Source of the DNA: Podarcis erhardii
Taxonomy: Eukaryota
DNA: 64,000 bases
Direction: 5' to 3' (one strand)
NCBI GenBank assembly: GCA_964252035.1
Contig: OZ176202.1
Shown here: piece after piece, positions 11,674 through 23,007 of the stretch
How the letters are laid out: each line of letters starts with the position of its first letter
Position numbering within the stretch: position 1 is the first letter of the stretch
Translations under genes and position numbers: made by a program
Notes under the pieces: model-generated
Seen by the model: only the letters and a program-made list of their open reading frames with translations
Told to the model about the DNA's origin: nothing
Database searches by the model: none

Positions 11674-12941
11674 GTCTAAGGAGAACAAGTGTGCAAAATT
11701 GTACTTCTGCTGTACTTTGTCAAAAGCAAAGTTTTAGGAAGTACGTAAATGCTGGTCCTTCAATTTAGTGATCTGGAAATGCTGCAAAATCCCTTAGGTC
11801 TCTTATAGCCTGTTCACATGTTCTTATGCAAGTAGTTTGAAAGCATAGCTCCGCTCTTTGAATGTAACATGCATTCCAGACGTACTCCCTTTTAACACAT
11901 ATTTCCTCTCTCCACATTGGTTTTATAACTGGTTTTGGTTTTAAAGCATTAATGTGCCAGTTATGCAGAAAGTACCTGAAAAGGGGTGCTCAAACAACAT
12001 TCTTTCCAAATGTTACAGCGCACACACCACACACCAAGTCTGAGGGCCCTTTAATATGTACAAGTAAACAATCACTTACTGAAATGTGAAATAAAGAAAG
12101 AAAAACAACTGATTCCCCTCCCAAATATTCTGGAGCCTTAGCAAAATTCGTTGGTGATCTAAAGGACTCATTACACTCTGTTGCTTCGTATATTAGTACA
12201 CATGGTGAAAATCTCTGCACCATTATAGCATAATTTTCAGGCTCATTCAAGTGGCTTAAAGCCTACTTCTCCCAATCCATGAATGTAAACACATGTTTGC
12301 ATTTGGGGCAACATGTTTAGCCTTAATCTGAGATATGAATGAGCCTTCTGGCAGAGCACACAGACGCTTCCCTCTTTAAAATACTGCAATAAGCCAATAA
12401 GTCTTCAATTAACCATAATTTCCTGTTATGTCCAAAATGGGAAACTATGGTTAACAATGTTCAGAACAACCCAGGATCTTAAACTATGGTCTGAAGCTGG
12501 TTTAAGATTCTAGCTTGTTCTGAACATTGCAGCCATAGCTTCCCAGTTTGGACGTAGTGGGAAAGTATGTTTAACTGAAGGATTATTGCAGCATGCAGAG
12601 AAGAGAGGAGGGAAGAGCAATGCGAGGACAGAGTGTATGGGCAACAAGGCTCATGCATACTTTAGTTCAATAAGCTGCTATAGAATGATCTGACCCAGGC
12701 CAATAGGGTACTAAAATGTAGTATAAGGATGGCCACCTGAGTTTCTCCTTCACTCTTTATATGCACATTTCAAATCTCCTTTCCATGACATTAGTGTTAA
12801 ATCACTAATACATAAAGTGTCTCCAATAATTCCAGTGGAAGCCTTACACTACCATTGCAAAAAGGCTATGAATCGTAGCTGATGTTGTCAGACTGTAACT
12901 GAGAGACCTGACTCAGCTGGCAGTAAGGTTTCCATCAGCAG

Positions 12942-13101
12942 AATGAGGAGAGAAGCAGGTTTGGGATATTTCCCCCTTCCCCGCTGCAGACCCCCCCCCC
13001 GTCTCACTAAATCTGCCATGGAGGGTCCAACCCTGTGCAGCAGATTTAAAGGAGGGTTGGCTGCAGGGGGGAAATATCTCAAACCTGCTTCTCTCCTCAT
13101 T
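12942..13101. repeat. Imperfect palindrome, about 160 bp; outer 35-bp arms with 1 mismatch
   Basis: aatgaggagagaagcaggtttgggatatttccccc versus its reverse complement ending at 13101; both strands yield MRREAGL(G/R)YFP in the ORF track. Confidence 0.9.
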
Positions 13102-14569
13102 TACATTTCCCAGTGTAATAGGAACGTGTTCTGCTCTTTTCTTTTCCTACCATTGGGATTCACCCCAAACTGCTGCACAGCACACCTGCAGGCCTGACCA
13201 TTACAGCAAGTGGAGGAAGGGAAGGACAACAGGACCAGGGGAGAAAGGGCGGGACAAGCCATGGCTGCCTCACTTCTAACTGTACTGTGAAATCTGAAAA
13301 GTGCACTGGCAGTCTGCAGGGTTACAACCTTTAAATCCCAACCAATGCAAAAGACCTCACTCTTCCATATTATCAATCCAACACATCCAAATATCTTGTC
13401 CACCTCCAACTAATCCTCCATTACAGGTAGGATCTCAGAGCCACCCTGCTGCCTGGAAGAAAAAAATAGTCACGAGGGATTCAGCACTTCTTAGCTCAGA
13501 TTATTGTGATATGTAAGACCAGATTCTTCATGTGGGTACCTATGGGGAGTTCTTCCCAAAGATCACACTAGAATAAAATGCCGGATTTCATCCTTGGAAA
13601 AAAGCTAAGGTAAGCACTACTTGTTTTACAGCCAAATCATGTAACTGAGATTAATTTTTCATGTACCTTACTGAAACACAGCTTAAGCAAAGGGGGAAAG
13701 GCATGTTACTTTTGGGAACCAAACAAGAGGAAAGCATATAAAGTTAACAAATCGAAAATACATAAAGTAATTAGTGGCTGAAGATTTTCTTTCTTTCTTT
13801 TTTTACTCACAAGATTTTATGCTGCACCAACTGTATTTTCTGATGGTCCTTTGGGGGTGGAGGGTGGGAATGCGTTCCATTGTATATGGCAGCTCCTGAA
13901 TAAGTCTGGGGAGATTTCCTGGGAAATCTTGTTTTGGGAAACCCCATCTGTCACCATTATGATATTTTGGGGCGCTTACCACCACCCCCCCAGTTCTTCT
14001 TTCCCCAAGCTCATTTAGGTAATTAACTTCTACTACTGTTGTGCCAAATGATCCCTAATCTCAGGTGTCACTCTGCTGCGGTCAGGAGTAAGCAACCTGC
14101 CCCAGTCCCCCAACTCCCATTTGGGAGTGGAACATTTCTCTCCCCATTTTCCAGACGGCACAATGCTTCAACATTGCCACTTGCAGCTCCAGTGCTTCCT
14201 GTCTCATTCATTTAATGGTGCTGAGGCAAAGCCACACCCACCCTCCTGAAGAAAGCAGGAGAACAAACTCCCTTCACTACATCATCTAGGAAATCAAGAA
14301 CATCGTATCATGCAAAATGAGAGTGGCTTTAGAATTGGGAGCAAAGTGGGCTAAACAAAGGGAAAAGTTAAGATTATATAATGTATTAGCATGGATGGCA
14401 TGAGAAGGAAAATTTAGTTTATTGTACTCATGTCAGAGTAGGTGAAACTTTAAATCACAAATGGGATTTTTTTACACTGCATAATGTTGAGTAATCTCAT
14501 TCTAAAAATCTATATAATCTTCCTTTACTATTAGGTTTCACAGGGAATAGATTCTAAGAAAGGATGACA

Positions 14570-14803
14570 CAGCAGAACCTCGGTTTTCGAACATAATCCG
14601 TTCCAGAAGACCATTCGACGTCCAAAACGTTCGAAAACCGAAAACTGAACCCTCAATACAATAGGGAAACTCAAAACGGAAGCCGCATAGCACGTTCAGC
14701 TTCCGAAAATCGTTCAAAAACCGGAGCAGTTACTTCCAGGTTTTCGGCGTTCGGAAGCAGAAATGTATGACAACGGAGGCATTCAACAACCGAGGTTCCA
14801 CTG
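14570..14803. mobile_element. Tigger/pogo-like (Tc1-mariner superfamily) MITE
   Basis: TIRs cagcagaacctcggttttcgaa / ttcaacaaccgaggttccactg (18/22); TA on the right flank; related to the 16680-16920 element. Confidence 0.75.
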
Positions 14804-15369
14804 TACTAACCTCTAAGAAGCAAGAAGAATGATGGACTGCACACGAAACAAAACAGAAATAGGCAGTCTTTACCTGGGATGCAGTCTGCATGGTGCCCAA
14901 TTTGCAGTGATGGTATTTATAGAAATGCAATTTCCCTATTCAATTTCTAATTGAATGTCCCTTTTTGTTTTTGGCAAAAGCTTTAAAAAGTGCAAGGTCC
15001 TGGATCATCTTACAGTGGAATGCAGCATGGAAATTTAAAGGATACTCCATATATGAATCACAGTAAAATCTTAACAGCAATTCCAGTGTGTAAACCACAG
15101 GAAGAATGCCCAAAGGCATTTGCACTAACAATTAATGCAGTCTATTATCTGGTTCCCTTAAAAGTAATCTCATTAATGAGGCAGCAGCAGGCAAAAAGGC
15201 AATTCCCAAAACAAGAAAACCAGTTAAGCACTTCCAGAGAGGCATCGTAGCTGACCAACAATGAATTAGCTTAGGGTGAAAGGGGAGGGGAGGACAAACC
15301 ACTGCAAGCTGAAATGACGACATATTAAAAGAATATTAGGAACTCCATAACACATTCCACTGTTTATAC

Positions 15370-15387
15370 CTGATTTCCCAGGAAGAA
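15370..15387 (-). CDS. DST: DST 18-nt microexon FFLGNQ inside the GAR domain (phase 0-0, skippable)
   Basis: tgtcag|TTCTTCCTGGGAAATCAG|gtataa with a pyrimidine tract and an ACTAAT branch-like motif; the peptide matches the alternative insert recalled from DST/MACF1 GAR domains. Confidence 0.9.
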
Positions 15388-16519
15388 CTGACAAGAGATG
15401 GAAAATGGGAGAAAGACATAATTAGTGTAACAGGAAATCCTCTAGAACACACTCTAACAGCACATACACATTCTAAATCTTCCAATTTAGTATGTAGCTT
15501 AGAGATGTGCTGATAACATCAGCTGTCTGGGCTGTTAATGCTGTCAGACCTGACTCCTATGACACCTATCTATTGCTTGCTGTATAATCTGATTTCCTTC
15601 CGCCAAATTCTCCATGGAAATTGATATTGCTGAATTGAAATGAAAGAAGGGGGCGACAATTTGGTAGATCCCCCCTTGATATCTACTTGCTGGTTTTTCT
15701 GGCACATTTTCTATCTAGAGAAAGGAAAGCATGCTTCAATGAAATCAAAATCAAACAAAAAGAAAAGACAGGATGGTGATGACAGAGTACAACTTTATTC
15801 AAATACACTCCCAACTGTTTGCTCTGTTGGAAAAATAATAATAATTCTAATTCGGAAGTTAATGAATGTTCCACTATAAAACCTTGAAAGCTGTAGGTAT
15901 AACTTGGTGCACGCATGGAATATTTGTAACAGGAATTAAGCTCTAACACTTGGAAGTTTCATCAAAACCCAGGCTCCTTTGGAAAGTTATTTACAATTCC
16001 AATGCAAGAAAAGATTTATTGTGACTTCGGTGGTATAATACTAGCTTTTCTTCTTCAATCACAAGCTAAAAGATCAGATGGGGTGATTAAAGAACAGCTG
16101 TGGTGCATGAGGTGGGGTCCTGCCACTGCGGTACCCTGTTGGCTGCAGTGGTGCTGCCGCTTGCTGGGATGCGATGGGGGGCCAGAGAAGAGATGAGGGC
16201 AGGAGACCACTGGGTTGACAACAGTGGTGGCCACAGGGGCGCAATCATCTGCACCTACCACGACTACTCTGTTGCCACCTCACCCCAGAGAGCGATAGCA
16301 CCTGTAACCAAGAGGGTGACGCAACAGCGGCATCTCACTTTATGCACTGTGGCTGGTGAAAAATGCAATAGGGTCCAAAACGATGATAATGATGGTGTTG
16401 TTTTTTAAAAAGAGAAAAGACATCAAATTCACACTAGATTATTAATTTAGTTAAATTACTCCTTTGCAGAATAGGGGAGTCTAAATCCAACAGATAACAT
16501 GACTGTTTTCTATACTTAC

Positions 16520-16594
16520 TCTGTACTTGTTATCACCAATCTGCTCCACTTGGAATCGCTTTGCGCATTTACATTTTGCTACCTGCCTTGTCAC
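16520..16594 (-). CDS. DST: DST exon, 75 nt: [25 protein letters not shown] (GAR/GAS2 domain N-half, CxC zinc ligands)
   Basis: Acceptor tgacag, donor AGA|gtaagt; absent from the ORF track, found by reading the minus strand. Confidence 0.95.
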
Positions 16595-16679
16595 CTGTCA
16601 AAACAACAATCAGAAGCAAATCATATTAATTGCCATTTATGGTAAATTGTGCAATCAGGTCAAGAAAACAATGGGACTA

Positions 16680-16920
16680 CAGTGGTACCTCGGTTTACGA
16701 ACTTAATCCGTTCCTGAAGTCCGTTCTTAAACCAAATCTGTTCTTAAACTGAGGTGCGCTTTCCCTAATGAGGCCTCCCGCTGCCAGTGCCCTTCTACTG
16801 TTCGGCTTCCGTTTGTAGACTGAGGTAAAGTTCACAAACTGGAACACTACTTCTGGTTTTGCAGAGTTTGTAAACTGAATAGTTCATAAACAGGGCTGTT
16901 CGTAAACCGAGGTACCACTG
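16680..16920. mobile_element. Tigger/pogo-like MITE, 241 bp
   Basis: Perfect 23-bp TIR CAGTGGTACCTCGGTTTACGAAC; TA TSD on both sides. Confidence 0.88.
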
Positions 16921-17008
16921 TATAAGTTCAACATGCAATTCCAGAGAAAGATACTTTAAGAAAGAGGCTGAGGGGCGGGGAGGGGGAGGGGGGAAGGGAG
17001 AAGAGCAC

Positions 17009-17163
17009 CTCATCTTCAATTTTGTCAGCATCTGTCAGAGGCTTGTATGCATCTTTGTTCGGATGAAGTGCTGCTACAAACTCATAGTAGTCAATATAGC
17101 CATCACCATCTCTGTCAAAGATATCCGCTACTGCACTCATTTCCAATCGACTAGTAGGAAATT
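17009..17163 (-). CDS. DST: DST exon, 155 nt: (K)[10 protein letters not shown]...DKIEDE; EF-hand 2 loop [12 protein letters not shown]
   Basis: Acceptor ctgcag, donor GAG|gtgctc; phase 1 to 0. Confidence 0.96.
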
Positions 17164-17305
17164 CTGCAGATGAAAATAACAGTTCAAGTTAAAATGAACA
17201 ACTCTTACCAATAACCTTTCGGGAAACTGATGACTTACTAGCATTCCAAAACTCTGAGGAATTAAATGTAATATGCAAATGATCGAACTTTGCTTCAAAA
17301 CTTAC

Positions 17306-17468
17306 TTGAAGAAAGAATCCCATCAATAAATTCCTGTCTGGTTATCTTTCCATCCTGATCTTTATCTATCCTCCTAAAGAAGTCCATGACTCGAGATTTC
17401 TTATGGTTCATCCAACGCATATACTTCTTCCGCCAAATATCAAAATCAAAGTTGGCAAATTCTTTCAG
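17306..17468 (-). CDS. DST: DST exon, 163 nt: [10 protein letters not shown]...; EF-hand 1 loop [12 protein letters not shown]
   Basis: Acceptor ctcaag (AAG), donor CAA|gtaagt; canonical 12-residue EF loop. Confidence 0.96.
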
Positions 17469-18131
17469 CTTGAGACAAAAGGAAAAATGGAAAAAAAGAG
17501 GTGAACTGTCTTGTGAGATATACATATAATCATGATGCTAAAGTTCAGAGCAGATGTTAATGTGCAAACTGGAAGTCAACCTTAGGAGTCTTTCCCTTGC
17601 CCTCCCCCAAACCCCATTCCCCTTTTTTGAAACTAAAGTATGAAGGGGGCTTACAAATCTTTAATCATCACTATGATCACCATTCAAGTAACTCTAAACC
17701 ATGGCAAACTCTAACAAGGAAAGTGGTGAATTTGTTCTGAAGGGAGTACAGGGAAAGCAGAAGGAGCATACATCCCAATATTATGTCTACACAACACCAA
17801 TGGCACTCCATGCTGATGTCTGCTTATGTGATATATCTCCGTCACAAAAAAGCAAGGGAGAAATTAACATAATTAATGTAAATTGCTTTAGATATAGTTA
17901 ATGTAAATCACTTTGAATTACCTTTGTAATAAAAGTGAATAATAATAATAATAATGGTGCACGAGCAGGGCTTTCACATAATTGGGTGTTGGTACGCACT
18001 GACCAACACATAAGCTACTTCTGCCTGTCAAAGGAAGGGTATCTTCCTGGTCCTCCACCATATGAAGAGGAGTGGCCAATAAGACATGAACCAAGGCTTA
18101 GTTATAGCAAACAAATCTGCTGTTTACTGAC

Positions 18132-18295
18132 CTCTTCTAATCGGTCTAAAGCATCATTAAGTTTCCTTCTTCTTTCCAGAGCCAGAAGCCAGACTTGCTG
18201 CCATTTGCTGACCAAGAGGTTCACCCGTGGATTCTTGGTTTCAATCTGAGCCTGTGCACCTGAGGGATACATGCTTGGTGTTGGGGAACGCTTTC
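18132..18295 (-). CDS. DST: DST exon, 164 nt: (R)[10 protein letters not shown]...DALDRLEE (end of spectrin rod)
   Basis: Acceptor taacag, donor GAG|gtcagt; phase 1 to 0. Confidence 0.95.
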
Positions 18296-18605
18296 CTGTT
18301 AAAATACAGAAAAATGTACTGTACTTCTGCTTCTCAAGGCAGTGTAAACAAAAGGTAACACAGCATACATGCCTGTTTCTATAGGAAGAAGGGAGAGGCC
18401 TAACATGCCTGTGATTCCAGGTGGCATCTAACAGAAAGGTAGGTTTGGCTTTAGGGCCACAGGTTCCTGACCCTGTAGACAATCCTGTCCACTTCATAAA
18501 TTAGAAATAGTAAGTTAAATTCTGACAGCTTTTAAATAATCAGTTAATGACTAAAGGCAATGATATATGTGATACCACATATATATATGTGAGATCATTA
18601 CTTAC

Positions 18606-18735
18606 TTCCTCCTCTTCCTTTATCCAGTACAGGAATATGAGAATGAATTGGACCAGATTCAGCTGCTTTCCTTTTATGCGTCTTAGTAACCTTATCCACA
18701 TCAGGCTGTTTTCTAGTCATTTCCTCCATGAATGT
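18606..18735 (-). CDS. DST: DST exon, 130 nt: [10 protein letters not shown]...VLDKGRGG(R)
   Basis: Acceptor ttgcag, donor GAA|gtaagt; phase 0 to 1. Confidence 0.94.
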
Positions 18736-19863
18736 CTGCAATTAAAGGGTGGTTGCTTTGGCTAACAATGCACAACAATAATTTGCAACATACCCTGTTT
18801 GGGGGTACAAAGGTTCTGATCCAGATGGCTGTGGGATCTCCCATGTATGCACAGAACTCCTACTTCACATGCTGATTTCTCTCATATCTAGATTAGCATC
18901 TACATTGGATACAGCATCTCCTTGCTAACAGCTGAATGCCTGCACAACTACCGTATTTTTTGCTCTATAAGACTCACTTTATTCCTCCCAAAAAGGGGAA
19001 ATGTGTGTGCGTCTTATGGAGAGAATGCAGGCTGCGCAGCTATCCCAGAAGCCAGAACAGCAAGAGGGATTGCTGCTTTCACTACGCAGTGATCCCTCTT
19101 GCTGTTCTGGCATCTGAGATTCAGAATATTTTTTTTCTTGTTTTCCTCCTCCAAAAACTAGGTGCGTCTTGTGGTCTGGTGCGTCTTACAGAGCAAAAAA
19201 TACGGTACCTTGTCTGCCATGAGCACATGGATGAGAACAACAATATGGGCTGTGGCTTCTTGAGCTACATGCTCAGATTAAAAGAAAGCACTTCCACCAA
19301 CATCCAAGTGTTCCAAAGTGCATGTTTCTCCCACAATAAGGATATTGATCTCATGTCCCAAATAGTAATGACAAAGTTCTCCTAACTGGCTTACCAACAA
19401 GGAAAATACTCAACTTTGACTTTATGAAGGAACTATGTGGTCCCAGAACAATTCTAAGGCATATTGTAGAATGTAAAGTTGAACACAAGCAATACAGTAT
19501 TATGTTACAGTCCAGCTTATTTATTGTTTTCAATTTCTTTTTCTTTGCTGTTCTGTCTCTTTATTTTAAAGGAGAAATCATTTGCACGGTGAATTGGTGC
19601 ACTGGTTTACTGTGTACAAGAACAGAGCAGTTTTCCTTAATATTGCCTTTCTTCACCTTTTACCAGAACAATGCCGTACAATACAATAAAACAACATAAA
19701 TAAAAACAGAAGGCTACGTGAACCAGAACCCTTGGCCAAAGCATGTTTTTTTAATTGTTTATTTAAAAACCTCTGTTCCACCTGAACTTCCAGAATATGC
19801 ATATGCACATAAGTACATTGAAGCTGACTAGTTTGATCATAATCATAGCAACGGCCCTCTTAC

Positions 19864-20052
19864 CTGATGCTCAGCTATGAGTGCCTTAACATCATCAATC
19901 TCCTGAGGAATGACTTCCTTGTCTTTTTCACTAAGTGTCGTCTCTGCCCACTGCAACCAGGTCAATAATGCTTCCAACAGCTCTTGATTAGCAATAAGTG
20001 CAGCCAGGGCCCCTGCCAATCTCTGCTGATGTTGCTTTGCCCATGCTAACAC
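19864..20052 (-). CDS. DST: DST exon, 189 nt: [10 protein letters not shown]...KALIAEHQ
   Basis: Acceptor ttcaag (AAG), donor CAG|gtaaga; 63 codons. Confidence 0.96.
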
Positions 20053-20714
20053 CTTGAAAAGAAAACTATGCATGATATTCACATTCACACAACCCAGGGC
20101 TTTGGGTGCTCCATTACTTTCACATGAACAAATTTGGCTGAATTATCAAAGGACTGCTGAGCAACCACATTAGTGAGCTCTGTGAGTAGAAGATGGAACT
20201 CTTTGCACCCCATGAAGAGAAGTACAAAAAGAAAAGTCACTGCCTTTTTACTGTGATCCAAAGGTTTCTAGCAGCACAGAAGTGTTGGAAAGCACTGCTG
20301 GGTTTAACGATTGGATATTTAGTATGTGGTAACATTTTGAGAATTATCACACAATACTCCTTAATCCTTGACAAATGACCATAGTGGTTGGTGCTGATGG
20401 GAGTTGGAGTCCAACAATGTCTGTAGAACCACAGGTTCCCTATCCCTTTTTCAAAGCTTAACTTCTAATTCATTGTGATTATCTTGAACATGAACTGATC
20501 TGGGGAGTGTTTTACTTCTTCCTCAAGAGACGTTTGCAAAGGAAGAGCCAAAACCAGCCTATTACACATGACAGCATGAGTATGTTAAACATTTTGCTCT
20601 CGACAGCTGGATCGTTTCCTCACAATATAAGTGCCTTGCTAATTGTCAGTTGTGTTCCAAGCTATCAAAGACTGATTATTATTACCAGAGAGAACCTGCT
20701 AGAGATGGACTGAC

Positions 20715-20858
20715 CTCTTCAAACCTTGCTCTGATGATTGTTATCCAGTGCTTGATGGTAGTGATGGAGTCTGGGTGGCAGATAGCCAGGATGGCTTCTC
20801 CCATACCTGTGGCTTTCGTTAGCTCAGCCTTTTTTTCTTCCAGTTTTCTCATGAATTC
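20715..20858 (-). CDS. DST: DST exon, 144 nt: [10 protein letters not shown]...IIRARFEE
   Basis: Acceptor ccttag, donor GAG|gtcagt; 48 codons. Confidence 0.95.
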
Positions 20859-22810
20859 CTAAGGCAAAAAACAGTGATTTCAATTAGGTGCTGGCAGTGC
20901 TTCAAAGGTAAAATCCAAGTGATTTCAGACTTTGCTGGTTTAGCCAAAAAGCGCAGATGCCTACACTGAATCACTCGGCATCTGAATTGATCCAGTGGCA
21001 GGGAAGGAAGAAGAGAAGCAAAGCATGAGGAAAGTGATTTACTTATTAAGAATGTTTTAAGATCCACTGTAGACTAAGGGCTAATTGAAGAGACAAAATG
21101 CATGCTGGAGTCTGCAATTCAATACTGCAATATTTATGTGCACGCACACACACACACACACACAACTTTGTGAGATAGCACTACTTAGATGTCATAGCAA
21201 GTTAATTACTTTTGGACATGTTTCAGGAAACCCAGTGGATTGATTATTTAATCAAACCACACTCTCTACTCAGAGCACCTCTGCTCAGTTGTATAACTGG
21301 GCCAGCATATATTGATGCAGACCTCTAGGGACCATTCACTGAATTCTTGGACTACAGGATGCTAACATGTCGACTGCAGAAGCAACCGACCTACTGAGCT
21401 ATCAAAACCTCCTTTAGGCCAGACTGTGTGTTGGATCAGGCAAGAGTGTCCCTTCACTCAGCTCTCCTGGCTGAGACAGCCTCCTGCTGCCTGCTGAATC
21501 ATCCAGGGACAGTGGGGGGTCCTAATGGAGGGAGTGGGCAGGGCTGTGCTGACTTGAGATTCACTGGATCCCAAGCCAGTTTCACTGCTATTGTGTGACA
21601 GCATCAGGTCTGGACTGGACCCGAACATCCTTTACCCTCCACGCATCTTCCAGTATCGTCACCCTGAGTAGCAGGACTTACGGATATGGCAGTGGCCTTG
21701 CTGCTCCACAAAGCCCCACATGTGGGAGGATGGCGCCCTGAACCAGGAAGAAATCAGGACCTATCTATCTGGGTTACAAACTAATGCCAACTTCCCTGCT
21801 GCACTTGTTTCCTGCTTCCTGTGGATAAGGAATAGGGGATGCAAGCGTCTGTGGCCCATTTTCACTGGGGTTCAGATAACAAAAGAACAGTCCTCTTCTT
21901 GAAAATTTTGTTTGAAATGCTCATCTCAAAGATGCCTGAGAATTCAGATCTCCCACAAATGCCCTTCTATTTGTAAGGTGAAAAAACACAATACAGCCTT
22001 TACTGTGATGGTTCCCCCCCCCCCCGCCCCGCCGAAATTCCTCTGCTGGGATATGCAAAGTTATTATTTTTCCCTTTTAATCAGGTTTTGAGCGCTCCTG
22101 GATATTTTGGCTGCTGTGTTCTCTGCTGTTGTTTTAGACTATCTTCTATATTTTATTGTTGTTGTTTTTAGTGTCCACATTGTAAGTTATAGGCCCTAAG
22201 TCATCCTATGCTGATAGGGAAAATCAGAAAGTGAATTAAGGATATATAACATTTTTACAAGAGAAAAGATTTATGAGACTTTTGAGTGGTGTAGGAGGTG
22301 GACTAGGGTAGAGAGAGCAAGAGCATAAATGTCTTTCCATTCATACCTAGTTTAATGCATTTACCCACTGTGCCTATCAGCCCCAAAGCCCACAAGGAGA
22401 GGTAAAATCTAAATTATCTGGGAGACCTAACCTCTATTAAAGCAAGTGCATTTTTTTTTAAAGGGTAATTGGTTGTGAAACTGAGCTTTTCAATATAAAA
22501 TAAAGGGCTGAAATGCCTTCCTTGATAGACCGGCAATCAAGTAGCCCCACCAGAGTAGGGTGGTACACAAAAAGATTCCTATTAGACATTTCCTTCACAA
22601 AAACAAGGGGGAAAGCAGCAGAACTAAAGTATGCGATATATTTAGGTTTAGATAAAAGTATGTTTGAAGATACTCCAAACTTCACATTGTATTAAAATGC
22701 GTCTTCACTCACAACTTCTACAGCTTGTAAATTTTTAAAGTGTGGTTTACATTTTAGCTGCCGTTATTGTACGTTGTTATCCTGTGTTTACGTATTGCTT
22801 GCTTTGCCTA

Positions 22811-23007
22811 NNNNNNNNNNNNNNNNNNNNNNNNNNNNNNNNNNNNNNNNNNNNNNNNNNNNNNNNNNNNNNNNNNNNNNNNNNNNNNNNNNNNNNNNNN
22901 NNNNNNNNNNNNNNNNNNNNNNNNNNNNNNNNNNNNNNNNNNNNNNNNNNNNNNNNNNNNNNNNNNNNNNNNNNNNNNNNNNNNNNNNNNNNNNNNNNNN
23001 NNNNNNN
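22811..23007. other. Assembly gap (197 N)
   Basis: Run of N inside the DST intron 20859-24162. Confidence 1.
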
